Positions 20,715 through 31,452 of a stretch of DNA of 64,000 nucleotides are shown in pieces (positions within the stretch are counted from its first letter, which is position 1; each line of letters begins with the position of its first letter). Source of the DNA: Candidatus Tayloriibacteriota bacterium (GTDB lineage: Bacteria > Patescibacteriota > Minisyncoccia > Phycocordibacterales > PALSA-1337); contig JBPOID010000003.1 in assembly GCA_052034805.1 (NCBI GenBank), positions 3,502 through 67,501 of the forward strand. Direction: 5' to 3'. The translations under genes and the position numbers were made by a program. A model generated the notes under the pieces. It worked only from the letters and a program-made list of their open reading frames with translations. It ran no database searches and was not told the DNA's origin.

Positions 20715-20718
20715 AAAT

Positions 20719-21702
20719 CTATTCTATTATACTCATAACTCTAGATCTAGTATTATGATCCATTAAAATCTTTTCATATTCTATAATCATAGAATCTTGA
20801 TTATATGATTTTCTTATATAATCTCCTAATTCTATTAATCTTTTTTCAAATCCTTCTAAATCATTAAATTCATATATTCTACTATAATCAAAATTCTTAC
20901 CTTCTGGAGCTTTTATATCTATCTTTTCCGTAAGTAAAATACAATTATTACCCAATACTTCCCAGAATCTAGCCGTATCGAATCCACCACCACCTATAGA
21001 TATACCTATTTTTGTTCTTGCTAGAATATTATAGAATTCATCTCTACCCGCAATCTTTGTCGAATCATCAAAATTAAAACCATTGGTTCTTTTTGCCATA
21101 CAAGTAAAACCATTTTTCTTACAAAATTTTTCTAGCATAATCCTAGCCTCCTTTCTCATTTTAGGATAATCTTCTTGACCGAAGATACAAGTAAAATCAA
21201 TATCTTTTTTTATATTCTTATTAAAAAATTTTGTATATCGAGACTCAATACCGAATGGTAATGGTTTTATTCCATTTATATATGGTTTCTCTCTTCTAAA
21301 ATATGATTTGCATTTATCCAACATATCTTTATTTATTGCGCCTATACCATCATATTTACCCTCTATTATTTTATTCTGTATAACTTGATCAAATCTATTA
21401 TTCTTTCCTGTTTCAGAACCATCTATGAAAATAGTCTTATCCCATCTATTTATCTTTTCTGCCAAATCAAAATTAGTACTATTTTTACCCCAAGCTAGAA
21501 TAATAATATCTGAATCTTTTGCATATTCTATAAATTCATTATTCCCTAATATATATTTTCCAATATTAAAAGGTGTTGGATAATTATCTGTAACTCTAAA
21601 ATCAAGATAAGATTCATTTTCTAATATTATCAAACCATCTAATATGGTATTTGCTAAATAATCACTTTTAGCTATTGGTGTTATAACTGCTATTTTTTTC
21701 AT
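20719..21702 (-). CDS. Hypothetical protein within glycan cluster
   Basis: 327-aa ORF, co-directional and overlapping neighbouring GT genes by 4 nt. No recognisable motif. Confidence 0.4.
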   Translation of the reverse strand: MKKIAVITPIAKSDYLANTILDGLIILENESYLDFRVTDNYPTPFNIGKYILGNNEFIEYAKDSDIIILAWGKNSTNFDLAEKINRWDKTIFIDGSETGKNNRFDQVIQNKIIEGKYDGIGAINKDMLDKCKSYFRREKPYINGIKPLPFGIESRYTKFFNKNIKKDIDFTCIFGQEDYPKMRKEARIMLEKFCKKNGFTCMAKRTNGFNFDDSTKIAGRDEFYNILARTKIGISIGGGGFDTARFWEVLGNNCILLTEKIDIKAPEGKNFDYSRIYEFNDLEGFEKRLIELGDYIRKSYNQDSMIIEYEKILMDHNTRSRVMSIIE

Positions 21703-22826
21703 TTTTTTAATATAGATAATATAGTCTTTCTAACAGTATTTTCATGTCCAAATCTATTTTGTAGAAAAACTTTTGTATTAGATTTCATTTTATTATAAAG
21801 AGAATTATCATTCTTTAATTTTAGTATGGAATCTGATATTGCATTAGCATTTCTCTCGTCGACAACGAAACCAGTTTTACCATCTTCTATCGCTTCAGGT
21901 ATACCACCACTTCTTGTACCTATAACTGGCAGACCATACAATTGAGCTTCCAATAAAACCAAACCCAAACCTTCGAAATCACCTTCATTCTCTATAGTAT
22001 ATGATACCAAAGAACCGACTTTTGCTATGGAATAATATATAGACAGATCAGGAACTTTTCCTACAAAGATAACTCTGTCTTTTAAATCATATTTATCTTT
22101 TATTAATTCTAGATTTTTTCTCTCTGGACCATCACCAACTACAATCAATTTAATATTCTTATCCTTTATTAAAGAAATGGCTTCTATAAGATATTCCACT
22201 CCTTTTCTTTTAACCAATCTACATACCGTAACTATTACAAAATCATCATTATCTATATTCAATCTTCTCTTTTCTTCTTCTACTTTTTTATAGTCTATAT
22301 TATGAACCATATCCAATCTAGGAAGTATAGGATATATTACTTTTATATTATTTTTATTAGATAAATTATATCTCTGTATTACTTTGTTTTTTGTAAATTC
22401 ACTTATAGTTATAGCTATTGTGGCTCTTTTTATACTGAAAGATTGAAGTAATACCACTTTTCTAGTAGTACGAGTATCACAAGCATCTGCACCATAAAAT
22501 GTTATAACTGATTTTTTAAAGAAAATCTTTGACCAGAATACTGTCCAAAATCCAATAGGAAATAGATTCATAGCATAGAAATAATCAGCATTCAAATTCT
22601 TCACAAAATCCATAAAGATAATGAATCCAACATAGAAAAAGTTAACAGACCTTAAAGTCTCTAAAGATAAATTATTTATTTTTTCTTTTCTTGGATTCTT
22701 GTTGCCAAAAATCTTTACTTTACCGTTTATATCTTCTAGAGAAAAAGCATTGAGCCATTCTCTTGTATATGTGGCTATACCTCCATTTGTTGGTATATAA
22801 TCTGAACCGAAAAATATTATTTTCAT
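21699..22826 (-). CDS. GT4-family glycosyltransferase
   Basis: KRKGVEYLIEA...GLGLVLLEAQLYGLPVIGTRSGGIPEAIEDGKTGFVV. Confidence 0.85.
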   Translation of the reverse strand: MKIIFFGSDYIPTNGGIATYTREWLNAFSLEDINGKVKIFGNKNPRKEKINNLSLETLRSVNFFYVGFIIFMDFVKNLNADYFYAMNLFPIGFWTVFWSKIFFKKSVITFYGADACDTRTTRKVVLLQSFSIKRATIAITISEFTKNKVIQRYNLSNKNNIKVIYPILPRLDMVHNIDYKKVEEEKRRLNIDNDDFVIVTVCRLVKRKGVEYLIEAISLIKDKNIKLIVVGDGPERKNLELIKDKYDLKDRVIFVGKVPDLSIYYSIAKVGSLVSYTIENEGDFEGLGLVLLEAQLYGLPVIGTRSGGIPEAIEDGKTGFVVDERNANAISDSILKLKNDNSLYNKMKSNTKVFLQNRFGHENTVRKTILSILKK

Positions 22827-23962
22827 GATAATGGTTTTATAAAATCAGCTATGCCTTTCGCTCTATTTTCCCAAGTCAGACTCGATACTTTTTTTAATGC
22901 TTCACCACTAATTCTATGAGACAATTCTTCATTATTAAATAATATATGAATAGATTTAGAAAGACTTTCTATATCATTAGATTTGAAAAATACAGAATTA
23001 TTTTCATTCAATATTTCTCTTAATGAAGGTAAATCTGAAGCTACTATAGGTCTGTCACTTGCCATGTATTCGAATAATTTCAATGGTGAAGTATAAAGTC
23101 TAGAAATAATTTCTTTATCACTATTAGGCAATACTAGTACATCAGCAGATTTAAGGAATAGTGGTATTTCACTATGTTTTCTATTACCTATTATTATAAT
23201 AGTATTATTCTGAATACCTTCTCTATACTTATCTTTAAATAAAGACACATCTTGTTCTGTACCGCCCACAAATACAGCACATTCATCTTTATCAAAATAT
23301 TTCATAGCTGTATTGGCGAGAGTATCCGCACCTTTCCAATCATATAAATGACCAGAATATAAAGCTATTTTTTTATCTTTTGGTAAATTCAATATATCTC
23401 TACATATTGATTTACTTTTATTAATAGAAAACTCTTTTATATCTACAGCATCTGGAGAAATAAGGGATTTATCTTTATCTTTTAAATACTTTGAATACAG
23501 ATCAGAAAGACCTTTGCTTATTGATACCAATTTCGCCTTCTTTAATAAATTTCTAATTATAAAATTATTATTACCTTGATGAGCTTCATAAACTAGATTT
23601 GGATGAATTAAAATCATATTAAAGAGAATTATTTCATCTCTAGAATAAACAATATCTGGCTTTATTTTCCTCATTTCTATTGATACCTTCTCAGCAAAAA
23701 TCCAAGATTGCATAAGAAACCCTATTCTACCCAAAGCCAATAAATTATGAAAAATATTTATAGTCGGTATTTCTATTATCTTAAAATTATTCTTTATAGA
23801 ATAAAATTCATATGGATTATCTTTTATTTTACTCTTTCTTTTTGAAACTATCAGAGTGACCTCATGTCCCAAAGATGCAAAAGCCTCACACATTTTCATT
23901 ATCTGTATTCCATGAGCTTTCTCTGTGGGTATTCTTATATTAGCTATATAGCAGATTTTCAT
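22823..23962 (-). CDS. GT4-family glycosyltransferase
   Basis: GT-B architecture; C-terminal LKLFEYMASDRPIVASDLPSLREIL. Confidence 0.75.
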   Translation of the reverse strand: MKICYIANIRIPTEKAHGIQIMKMCEAFASLGHEVTLIVSKRKSKIKDNPYEFYSIKNNFKIIEIPTINIFHNLLALGRIGFLMQSWIFAEKVSIEMRKIKPDIVYSRDEIILFNMILIHPNLVYEAHQGNNNFIIRNLLKKAKLVSISKGLSDLYSKYLKDKDKSLISPDAVDIKEFSINKSKSICRDILNLPKDKKIALYSGHLYDWKGADTLANTAMKYFDKDECAVFVGGTEQDVSLFKDKYREGIQNNTIIIIGNRKHSEIPLFLKSADVLVLPNSDKEIISRLYTSPLKLFEYMASDRPIVASDLPSLREILNENNSVFFKSNDIESLSKSIHILFNNEELSHRISGEALKKVSSLTWENRAKGIADFIKPLS

Positions 23963-24990
23963 TATTTTGAAGTATATTTTATTATATTATCTTTCGTAAA
24001 GATAAATCTGAAAAATGAATCAATTCTTAGGTATTTTTCAAAAGCTTCCCTAGCACGTCTTTGCATATTAATCCATTCCTCATTTGAAATCTTATCATAA
24101 AAATCAGAAATTATTTTGTCTATATTTTTTATATCTTTATATGAAACTTTTATAATAAACTTTGAATAATCAATATCTTTATCCAAAGGTAATGGACAAT
24201 CTGTATCTATAAGTATTGGTATTCTACCTAGACTTAATATTTCATAAAATCTAACAGAGAAATTACCATCTCCCTTAGGGGCTAATACAAAATCACTATC
24301 TTTTATATTCTCTATATATTCATGTCTAGCCTTAATAGGATCTATGCTTATAGTATTTTTATTAGCGCTATATGATGATCTAATAATAAAGTTATTTTTT
24401 ACTAATTTGGATTTATTTAAAAGTTTAATCATTTTAATTCTAAAATAAAGACCCAATCGATGAGTACCTTTTAATATAAAAGTATTTTTAAACCAAAAAA
24501 TAATTTTATTAAAAAGACCATTAACACTAGCCCAACCACAAAAGCCGATAATGGGTATTTTTCTCTTTTCTCTATACATAATCTCATTACCATAAGACAG
24601 ATCAGTAGAATAAGCAGGCATTATTATTTCATTATCTTTTTTACGAGATAAATATTGAGACATTCTGAATATAATACTATTCGGAATATTTATATAAGAA
24701 GTAGAATCATTAGTTGAAAATATAATAATTTTTTTATTAAACTTATTAGATAAATCTACAAATTCTTTTATATAATCATCTACTTTATCTATATAATAAT
24801 AATTATGAGGAATAATAATAAAGTCACATAATTCTGGATTATCGACTATTTCTAATACAGATTTATTAAAATCATCAAAGATATCCTTATCACCAAATAC
24901 ATTATTTCTTTCTCTAAAGCCAAGATTTGGATTTAATATCTCTAAATATCTTTTATCTTTGTATAATTTACCGTAATAAACTTTTAACAT
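23962..24990 (-). CDS. Exostosin (GT47)-like glycosyltransferase domain protein
   Basis: APKGDGNFSVRFYEILSLGRIPILIDTDCPLP resembles the exostosin C-terminal block (R.YEAL..GCIPVI). Confidence 0.45.
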   Translation of the reverse strand: MLKVYYGKLYKDKRYLEILNPNLGFRERNNVFGDKDIFDDFNKSVLEIVDNPELCDFIIIPHNYYYIDKVDDYIKEFVDLSNKFNKKIIIFSTNDSTSYINIPNSIIFRMSQYLSRKKDNEIIMPAYSTDLSYGNEIMYREKRKIPIIGFCGWASVNGLFNKIIFWFKNTFILKGTHRLGLYFRIKMIKLLNKSKLVKNNFIIRSSYSANKNTISIDPIKARHEYIENIKDSDFVLAPKGDGNFSVRFYEILSLGRIPILIDTDCPLPLDKDIDYSKFIIKVSYKDIKNIDKIISDFYDKISNEEWINMQRRAREAFEKYLRIDSFFRFIFTKDNIIKYTSK

Positions 24991-25010
24991 AATTTGATTA
25001 TATTATAGAT

Positions 25011-26588
25011 TTATTTCAATTTGGCTATAATAAACATATTATCTCTTAGATTTATAGGTATGGATAAATGACCTAGTTTAGGATTCTTATTCATAAATGA
25101 AGCAATATTAAAGAAAAATCTAAATTTCAACCATTTACCAAGAGTGAGAAATACATATTCTAATGTGAATTTCTTTCCTATTGTAGTTGAAACAATAACC
25201 TCAAGACCTTCTTTATCTAGGAGTTTAGATATTGTATCTCTATTAAAATAATGAATATGTTCTGGTGGAACAATAAGATGCCATTTTTTACCTAGAATAC
25301 GAGCATAAAGACTTCCGGAATCGGGTGTATTTATTACAACAAGACCATTCTTTGTTAACATTTTCTTTGATTTATTTATAAGTATTCTAGGATCATCTAC
25401 ATGCTCTATCACATCAAGCATAGTGATAATATCAAATTTTTTATTTTTATTATCAAAATCTTCTATAGTTCCATTAAATATATTTAAACCTTTTTCAATA
25501 CCCTTTCTTGAAGCATCAGATGAAACTTCTATTCCATAGACTTCATAATCAAAATCTTTTGCAATCTTCATAAAATATCCAGTAGCGGCACCTATATCCA
25601 ATAGACTTTTATTATTTTTCTTATTCAAAATACCCTCTATTCTATTCATATAACCGACAAAGACATTCTTCATAGCTTCTTTATCCTTATCATAATCAAC
25701 ATAACCGAAACCATGCGAAGCTCCGGAAAAATAATCCTTATTGTAAATATCTTTATTATCTTTAGGTAATGGATGTATTTTCAATATTCCACATTCTTTG
25801 CATTTATATATATCATGACCATTCTTATTAGAATATTTTTTATGAATAGTTTTCTTATCACATATGAGACAATATATATCTTTTATAGGTTTACGAAAGA
25901 TAAGTCTCCAAGGAGCTTTTATACCTTCACCTATTATATGATTTGATATCTTTGATTCGCCTCCAATTCTATTTTTAAAAATAATTGGAATTTCAGTCAT
26001 TTTCGCTCCAGATTTATATAAACAATATTTCAATTCTATAAGAAAAGCATAACCAGAACTTCCAATACTATCGAGATCAATACGTCTCAATTTATCAGTA
26101 GAAATAGTACCAAAACCTGCCGTTATATCATTTAAAGGTATGCGAGTTATAGTACGAGTATACATATTACCGAAGAAACTCAATAGTCTCCTCCATAATT
26201 CCCAACCCTCTGTTCCACCACCTCTTATATATCTAGAACCAACTATAAAATCATATTTATCTCTTTTTTGAAGCATAATAGGTATATATTTCGGATCATG
26301 AGAAAAATCCGCATCCATTGTAATAACAGTAGAAACTTCAGGATTCTTTAATACTTCTATAAATGCAGATGTATAGGCCTTACCTAGTCCTTCTTTTCCC
26401 TTTCTTCTCATAATTGAGAGATTAGGGAATTCATTCATTAGTCTCTCTACTATTTTCTGTGTTCCATCTGGAGAATTATCATCAACAATCAAAATATTTA
26501 TATCTGGATTATGTTCAAAAACTTTTCTGACTATAATCTCGACGGTATCTTTTTCATTATATGTCGGTATAATAACAATATTTTTCAT
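25011..26588 (-). CDS. Fusion protein: GT2 polyprenyl-phosphate sugar synthase (DPM1/GtrB-like) + zinc ribbon + class I SAM methyltransferase
   Basis: N-terminus IVIIPTYNEKDTVEIIVRKVFEHNPDINILIVDDNSPDGTQ (DPM1-like). Middle CLICDKK...YKCKECG zinc ribbon. C-terminus LLDIGAATGYFMKIA...LTKNGLVVINTPD methyltransferase. Confidence 0.8.
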   Translation of the reverse strand: MKNIVIIPTYNEKDTVEIIVRKVFEHNPDINILIVDDNSPDGTQKIVERLMNEFPNLSIMRRKGKEGLGKAYTSAFIEVLKNPEVSTVITMDADFSHDPKYIPIMLQKRDKYDFIVGSRYIRGGGTEGWELWRRLLSFFGNMYTRTITRIPLNDITAGFGTISTDKLRRIDLDSIGSSGYAFLIELKYCLYKSGAKMTEIPIIFKNRIGGESKISNHIIGEGIKAPWRLIFRKPIKDIYCLICDKKTIHKKYSNKNGHDIYKCKECGILKIHPLPKDNKDIYNKDYFSGASHGFGYVDYDKDKEAMKNVFVGYMNRIEGILNKKNNKSLLDIGAATGYFMKIAKDFDYEVYGIEVSSDASRKGIEKGLNIFNGTIEDFDNKNKKFDIITMLDVIEHVDDPRILINKSKKMLTKNGLVVINTPDSGSLYARILGKKWHLIVPPEHIHYFNRDTISKLLDKEGLEVIVSTTIGKKFTLEYVFLTLGKWLKFRFFFNIASFMNKNPKLGHLSIPINLRDNMFIIAKLK

Positions 26589-26624
26589 AGATATTTAGAG
26601 TATAACTTATTTATCGAAAGCAAG

Positions 26625-28544
26625 CTATTTCTTCTTTAAGAATTGATATTTACCAATAGAATTATACAAAACATAGCCATTATGGCTCAATTCATTTATT
26701 GATTTTATATAATCAGGATTAGAATTTATAGCAATAATATCTGATAGTTTATTAGTTATTCTATTCAACGACTTTTCTCCAACTTTTATGGTCTCTGTAA
26801 TATCCATAAATTGTGAATAATTTTCACTCTTTATAAATGTTACAAGTTCTGGAGCTTGGTAAACAAATATTTCTTTATTTGAAGGTATTTCTCTTATAAA
26901 ATTCTCAAGTGATTTACTTTGATCACTATTTTTATAATGAGATATCCAGCTACCAAAAACTAATTGATAGAATTGCATAATTATTAAAATAATAACTATT
27001 ACTAAAGACAATATTTTGGCTTTATTATTATTTAATATATTTGTAGATAAATAATACAAATTATATGGAAGCATAATAATTGTAATAAATTCTCCCAAAA
27101 AGAAATACCTATAATAACCAACTGTGCGAAGATAAGCTAAAATTATTAGTATATTAAAAATAAATAGAATAATTTCAGATAATTTTATATTATCTTTCCT
27201 CTTTATTCTTATATATAAGACCAAGGTCCAGACAAGAGTAAGTATAAGAGTATAAATAGGTTGAACTTCTGTTATAAATCTTTTCATATTAAGGATAATA
27301 GATTTTGTCAGATCTGTACTATGAGGATTAGCATAGATAGATAATATATATCCCAATGATTCACCATGGAATTGGAATATAATCCATAAAAATATAGGGA
27401 TAATAAAAGCAATTAAACCAAAAAGAAAATTAATAATAAAGATTTTTTTATTATTTAAAATAAATATTTTATTTTTATAAAGATAATATATTAAGACAAT
27501 AAAGAAAGCCGGCAGAATCAATATAAAAATAGGTTTTGTAACTACAACAATCCCTATCAATAAAGAAGTTATAATTGTATTGAATATCTTTCTTTTATTT
27601 GTAGATACGGGATCAATATATATTCTATAAGTAAATTCTAAACTCAACATAGATAAAAATAAGAAAAATAATCCTGGAATTTCACCTAATACATTCTTTC
27701 CATGACCATAGAGTGGTGGAAAAGTTATTATTAAAAACAAAGTGATAATAGAAATCCAAATATTATTTGAAATACTTTTCCTAAACCATAATAAAGAAAA
27801 AATGATTAATAAAATTATAAAAATGACCATAACAATACGGGCGTGAAATAAATCATTAGCAAATAAATCAAAAGATATAGCTATGGGTAAGGTTACTGGA
27901 TAACTAGTGGTTACATAGCCAGAAGATACAATAGTCTGTGGATCTATACGAATACCAGAATATCCTGAAACAGAAAGATTCCTAGCTGTTTGAATGATAA
28001 TACCCTCATCCATCCATGTCGGTGGTGATTCTGTAAGATTAGAAAGAGAAAAATATAATAAGAAAATAATACCTATAGTAAATAATATTATTATAAATAT
28101 TTTTCTTAAATTATATTTAAAATCTATTGTGTTTACAGATGAATCATTTCTCTTAAATATAAATAATCTATATATGAAAAAAGATTCAATAGCGACTATT
28201 ATTCCAGAGATAATTTGAGCTATTACTACTGGTTTTAGAAACAAAAATCCATTAACTATATTAGAAGATAATAATAAATGAATTATAGTTGTATTTATAA
28301 AAACATTTATAATCGAAACAATTAAATACATTAGAGCTTGATGATGTGTTTTCCCGTGATCAGCATCTTTGAATGTCCAATATTTTTGCAGAGAAAAACT
28401 AACACCGAATGCAATAATAAAAGCAATATTAACACTTAAAATATAATGTATTCCTAAATTATCTAAAAAATGAAGAGAAATAAGATCAACGAGTGCTGCC
28501 GTTCCACCTGAAATAATATATTTAATTATAGTGAATATATCCAT
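26625..28544 (-). CDS. Fusion membrane protein: GtrA-like flippase domain + GT-C-fold (PMT/ArnT-like) polyprenyl-phosphate-sugar-dependent glycosyltransferase
   Basis: N-terminal ~130 aa IIKYIISGGTAALVDLISLHFL... with 4 TM helices matches the GtrA family. It is followed by ~500 aa with more than 10 TM helices typical of GT-C enzymes (GT39/GT83-like). Confidence 0.6.
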   Translation of the reverse strand: MDIFTIIKYIISGGTAALVDLISLHFLDNLGIHYILSVNIAFIIAFGVSFSLQKYWTFKDADHGKTHHQALMYLIVSIINVFINTTIIHLLLSSNIVNGFLFLKPVVIAQIISGIIVAIESFFIYRLFIFKRNDSSVNTIDFKYNLRKIFIIILFTIGIIFLLYFSLSNLTESPPTWMDEGIIIQTARNLSVSGYSGIRIDPQTIVSSGYVTTSYPVTLPIAISFDLFANDLFHARIVMVIFIILLIIFSLLWFRKSISNNIWISIITLFLIITFPPLYGHGKNVLGEIPGLFFLFLSMLSLEFTYRIYIDPVSTNKRKIFNTIITSLLIGIVVVTKPIFILILPAFFIVLIYYLYKNKIFILNNKKIFIINFLFGLIAFIIPIFLWIIFQFHGESLGYILSIYANPHSTDLTKSIILNMKRFITEVQPIYTLILTLVWTLVLYIRIKRKDNIKLSEIILFIFNILIILAYLRTVGYYRYFFLGEFITIIMLPYNLYYLSTNILNNNKAKILSLVIVIILIIMQFYQLVFGSWISHYKNSDQSKSLENFIREIPSNKEIFVYQAPELVTFIKSENYSQFMDITETIKVGEKSLNRITNKLSDIIAINSNPDYIKSINELSHNGYVLYNSIGKYQFLKKK

Positions 28545-28554
28545 AAATCTTATA

Positions 28555-29607
28555 TTATTCTCTAATCTTATCTGAAATATTTTTTATAAGACTTTTTGAA
28601 TTAAAATCTTTATTCACTTTATCAAATAAATATTTATTTATAGTATTATCCTTAATATCTATATAATTTGATTTCAATTCTAGTATCTTTTCTGCCAAAT
28701 CTTCTGAATTCCTATATTCAAAAATCAATTTATCATTATAATTACCAAAAATTTCCCTAAAAGTTGTATTTGATACTAATGGTAAACAAGAAGAGGCTAT
28801 ACCTTCTAAAATAACTTTATCTACCCCACCTGTTGGAGAAAGATTTATATTTATATCACTATTCCAATAATATTCTCTTATATTTTCATTTGATACCGCA
28901 TCTTTAAAGAAAATATTTTCCATTAATCTGTTTTCTTTTATTAATTTAGTCAATTCATCATAATAAATATTATCATCTGGAGTAACTCTTGGACCTATTA
29001 TATTACATATGAAATCATGATTTTGTCTCTTTAGAATTAAACATGTCTTTATCAAAGTCTCTAAATTCTTTATACGAGTTATTCTTCCAACACTCAATAT
29101 TGTAAATCTTTTATGTGGAAAATCGTCTTTCTTTTCAAATTTAGAAATATCTATACCGTGACCCATAATAGCAACTTTATTACTTTTAATATTGAAACTA
29201 TCTTTCGATGCAGTAAAGATTTTATTTGAAAAAATAGTAGCAATACGTAAACCCATACTTACAGCTCTATGTGTATACCATAAAGTTATTTTCTTTTTCC
29301 ATATTTTCCATAGAAATCCAGCTAATACAACATATATTTGATTCATATGAACGAATACCGCATCATAATTCTTTCTTTCATACCAAATATACCAATAAAA
29401 ATGTATTAAATATTGAAGTCTTGATTGTCTTTCTTCTTTTCCCAGAGATAAAACTTTTACATTAAAAGGTAAATCGGAATTACCCTTAAAAAGACATACT
29501 ACAATTACTGATTCAAAATTCTTTGAAAATTCTATAATCCAATTATGGAAAAATCCTAAAATTGGATCATCTTTATCTACTTTTTGTGTACAAATTAAAA
29601 GTTTCAT
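28555..29607 (-). CDS. GT-B-fold (GT1/GT4-like) glycosyltransferase
   Basis: Two-Rossmann-domain organisation; C-terminal ...GGVDKVILEGIASSCLPLVS. Confidence 0.6.
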   Translation of the reverse strand: MKLLICTQKVDKDDPILGFFHNWIIEFSKNFESVIVVCLFKGNSDLPFNVKVLSLGKEERQSRLQYLIHFYWYIWYERKNYDAVFVHMNQIYVVLAGFLWKIWKKKITLWYTHRAVSMGLRIATIFSNKIFTASKDSFNIKSNKVAIMGHGIDISKFEKKDDFPHKRFTILSVGRITRIKNLETLIKTCLILKRQNHDFICNIIGPRVTPDDNIYYDELTKLIKENRLMENIFFKDAVSNENIREYYWNSDININLSPTGGVDKVILEGIASSCLPLVSNTTFREIFGNYNDKLIFEYRNSEDLAEKILELKSNYIDIKDNTINKYLFDKVNKDFNSKSLIKNISDKIRE

Positions 29608-30287
29608 TATTTATTTTCAGTAATATCAAATAAATATTTATACATCTCTTCGCCACGCCATTCTTTCTGTTTCTTATCTGGATATTTGAAATCTGTATTA
29701 TTAATGGCTACCACATAAAGATGTGGAGCAATAAAACTGGCAATAGCATCTAAAAATCTATTTGAAAATATGAAAGGTCTTATAGATACAATATTCCATC
29801 CAGCAAACAATACTGTATACTTTAAAGATTCTTTAGTGAAAAAACTAATATGATTCGAAGCCAGAGTTCCTCTGAATTTCGATAATCTAATCAAAGAAGA
29901 TATTTTCGGTATAACTGGCACTCCTAATATTATAATGGTTTTGGAATCTGATATTTTCTTTAATTTTATTAAAAATGAATGCGGAGATAATAGATGTTCG
30001 AGAAGATTATTGGCCCAAATAGCTTCAAAATTATTTAATTTCAATAAAGTATTATAGTCTTCAATATTACCTTTTATTATATTTAGATTATTCTTCTTAC
30101 CATAATCAACTTCATCATCTGTAGTTGTAATACCTACACTATTTTTACCAAAACATGATAAATATTCACCGTATCCACAACCTATATCTAATACTTTCTT
30201 ATTTTTTAGATTTAATATAGATAATATTCTATTAAATACTCTTGAATTAGATACTCTTATAAATCTTTCTTTTATTTTATCATTCAT
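29607..30287 (-). CDS. Class I SAM-dependent methyltransferase
   Basis: VLDIGCGYGEYLSCF motif I, ...NNLLEHL. Confidence 0.75.
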   Translation of the reverse strand: MNDKIKERFIRVSNSRVFNRILSILNLKNKKVLDIGCGYGEYLSCFGKNSVGITTTDDEVDYGKKNNLNIIKGNIEDYNTLLKLNNFEAIWANNLLEHLLSPHSFLIKLKKISDSKTIIILGVPVIPKISSLIRLSKFRGTLASNHISFFTKESLKYTVLFAGWNIVSIRPFIFSNRFLDAIASFIAPHLYVVAINNTDFKYPDKKQKEWRGEEMYKYLFDITENK

Positions 30288-30294
30288 ATATATA

Positions 30295-31449
30295 CTATAA
30301 TAGATTAATAATCTCTCTGGCTATATTATTCGTATCAAAATCAACTATTTTTGCACCGACTTCTCTCGCAATACCGACATCAGTGGATATTATATTACAT
30401 TTTGAAGCTTCGGCTTCTTTTAGAGTCATTCCGTAGCCTTCATACCATGAAGTATTCAAGAAAATATCACATGTTTTATAATATGAAGCCAAAACGATAG
30501 GATCTTTTTGCCAATCTTCAAAGATAATAGAATCTTTTAGACCTAATTTGATTGATAATTTAATCAAATTGTCTTTTTCTTGACCATTTCCAACTATAAT
30601 AAGACCTATATTAATATTTTTATTATTAAATAGTTTTTCTTTTGCAATTTTGAAAGATTCTATAGCTCCATCTATATTTTTCTCTTTACCGAGACGAGAA
30701 ATCATAAGAATAATCTTTGAAAATTGAGGGTATTTATTATGTAAATTATTTTCAGATTTTATTTGTTCAAAAGATAAACTTTTTATACTATTTTCTCCGA
30801 TATCTATAGGTCTTACTGTTATTTTTGATTCATCAATATAATTTTTTATATATTCTTTTATCTTTTCTGATACAACTCTTACACTATCAGCTCTAGTCAA
30901 AGTATATTTTGAAATAATAGTTCTGATTTTATTCAATAGATTAAAGTTTTGGAAATATTTGCTACCTATATCAGTATGTATTTGTAATTCTAATTCAGGA
31001 GATAAACCTGTGGACTTTATCTTGTATCTATTCTTAACCAAAGTACCTACGAGACCAGTTTCAAAAGGATCTTGGCATGTTATATGGGTTATATTTCTCC
31101 TTTCTGATATAAATCTACCTAGTCTTAAAGCATTAAAAATATAACCTAATCTTGAATTAGAATTAGTAGGATATACAAAAACATTGTTAGATAATGACAT
31201 TTCTTTCCACTTATTTTCCCCAGAGTATTCCACATTATTATGGCTTTTATCCACATCATTTATAGACTTATCCACAGTTTTTCCACATTCTTTATTACAA
31301 TCAACATCATTTCCACAACTTTTCCCCTTTTTAGTAAAAACTATTATATTCACCTCTTCATAATTTTTTGCATAATCTATTTGCCTTCGTGCTACTGCAC
31401 TATTTTTATCAAAAATATTTCTATCTGTAGATATCATTAAAAGTCTCAT
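30295..31449 (-). CDS. GT4-family glycosyltransferase with Cys/Asp-rich N-domain insertion
   Basis: C-terminal YEGYGMTLKEAEASKCNIISTDVGIAREV (EX7E). Insert KSCGNDVDCNKECGKTVDKSINDVDKSHNNVEY within the N-terminal Rossmann domain. Confidence 0.7.
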   Translation of the reverse strand: MRLLMISTDRNIFDKNSAVARRQIDYAKNYEEVNIIVFTKKGKSCGNDVDCNKECGKTVDKSINDVDKSHNNVEYSGENKWKEMSLSNNVFVYPTNSNSRLGYIFNALRLGRFISERRNITHITCQDPFETGLVGTLVKNRYKIKSTGLSPELELQIHTDIGSKYFQNFNLLNKIRTIISKYTLTRADSVRVVSEKIKEYIKNYIDESKITVRPIDIGENSIKSLSFEQIKSENNLHNKYPQFSKIILMISRLGKEKNIDGAIESFKIAKEKLFNNKNINIGLIIVGNGQEKDNLIKLSIKLGLKDSIIFEDWQKDPIVLASYYKTCDIFLNTSWYEGYGMTLKEAEASKCNIISTDVGIAREVGAKIVDFDTNNIAREIINLL

Positions 31450-31452
31450 ATT

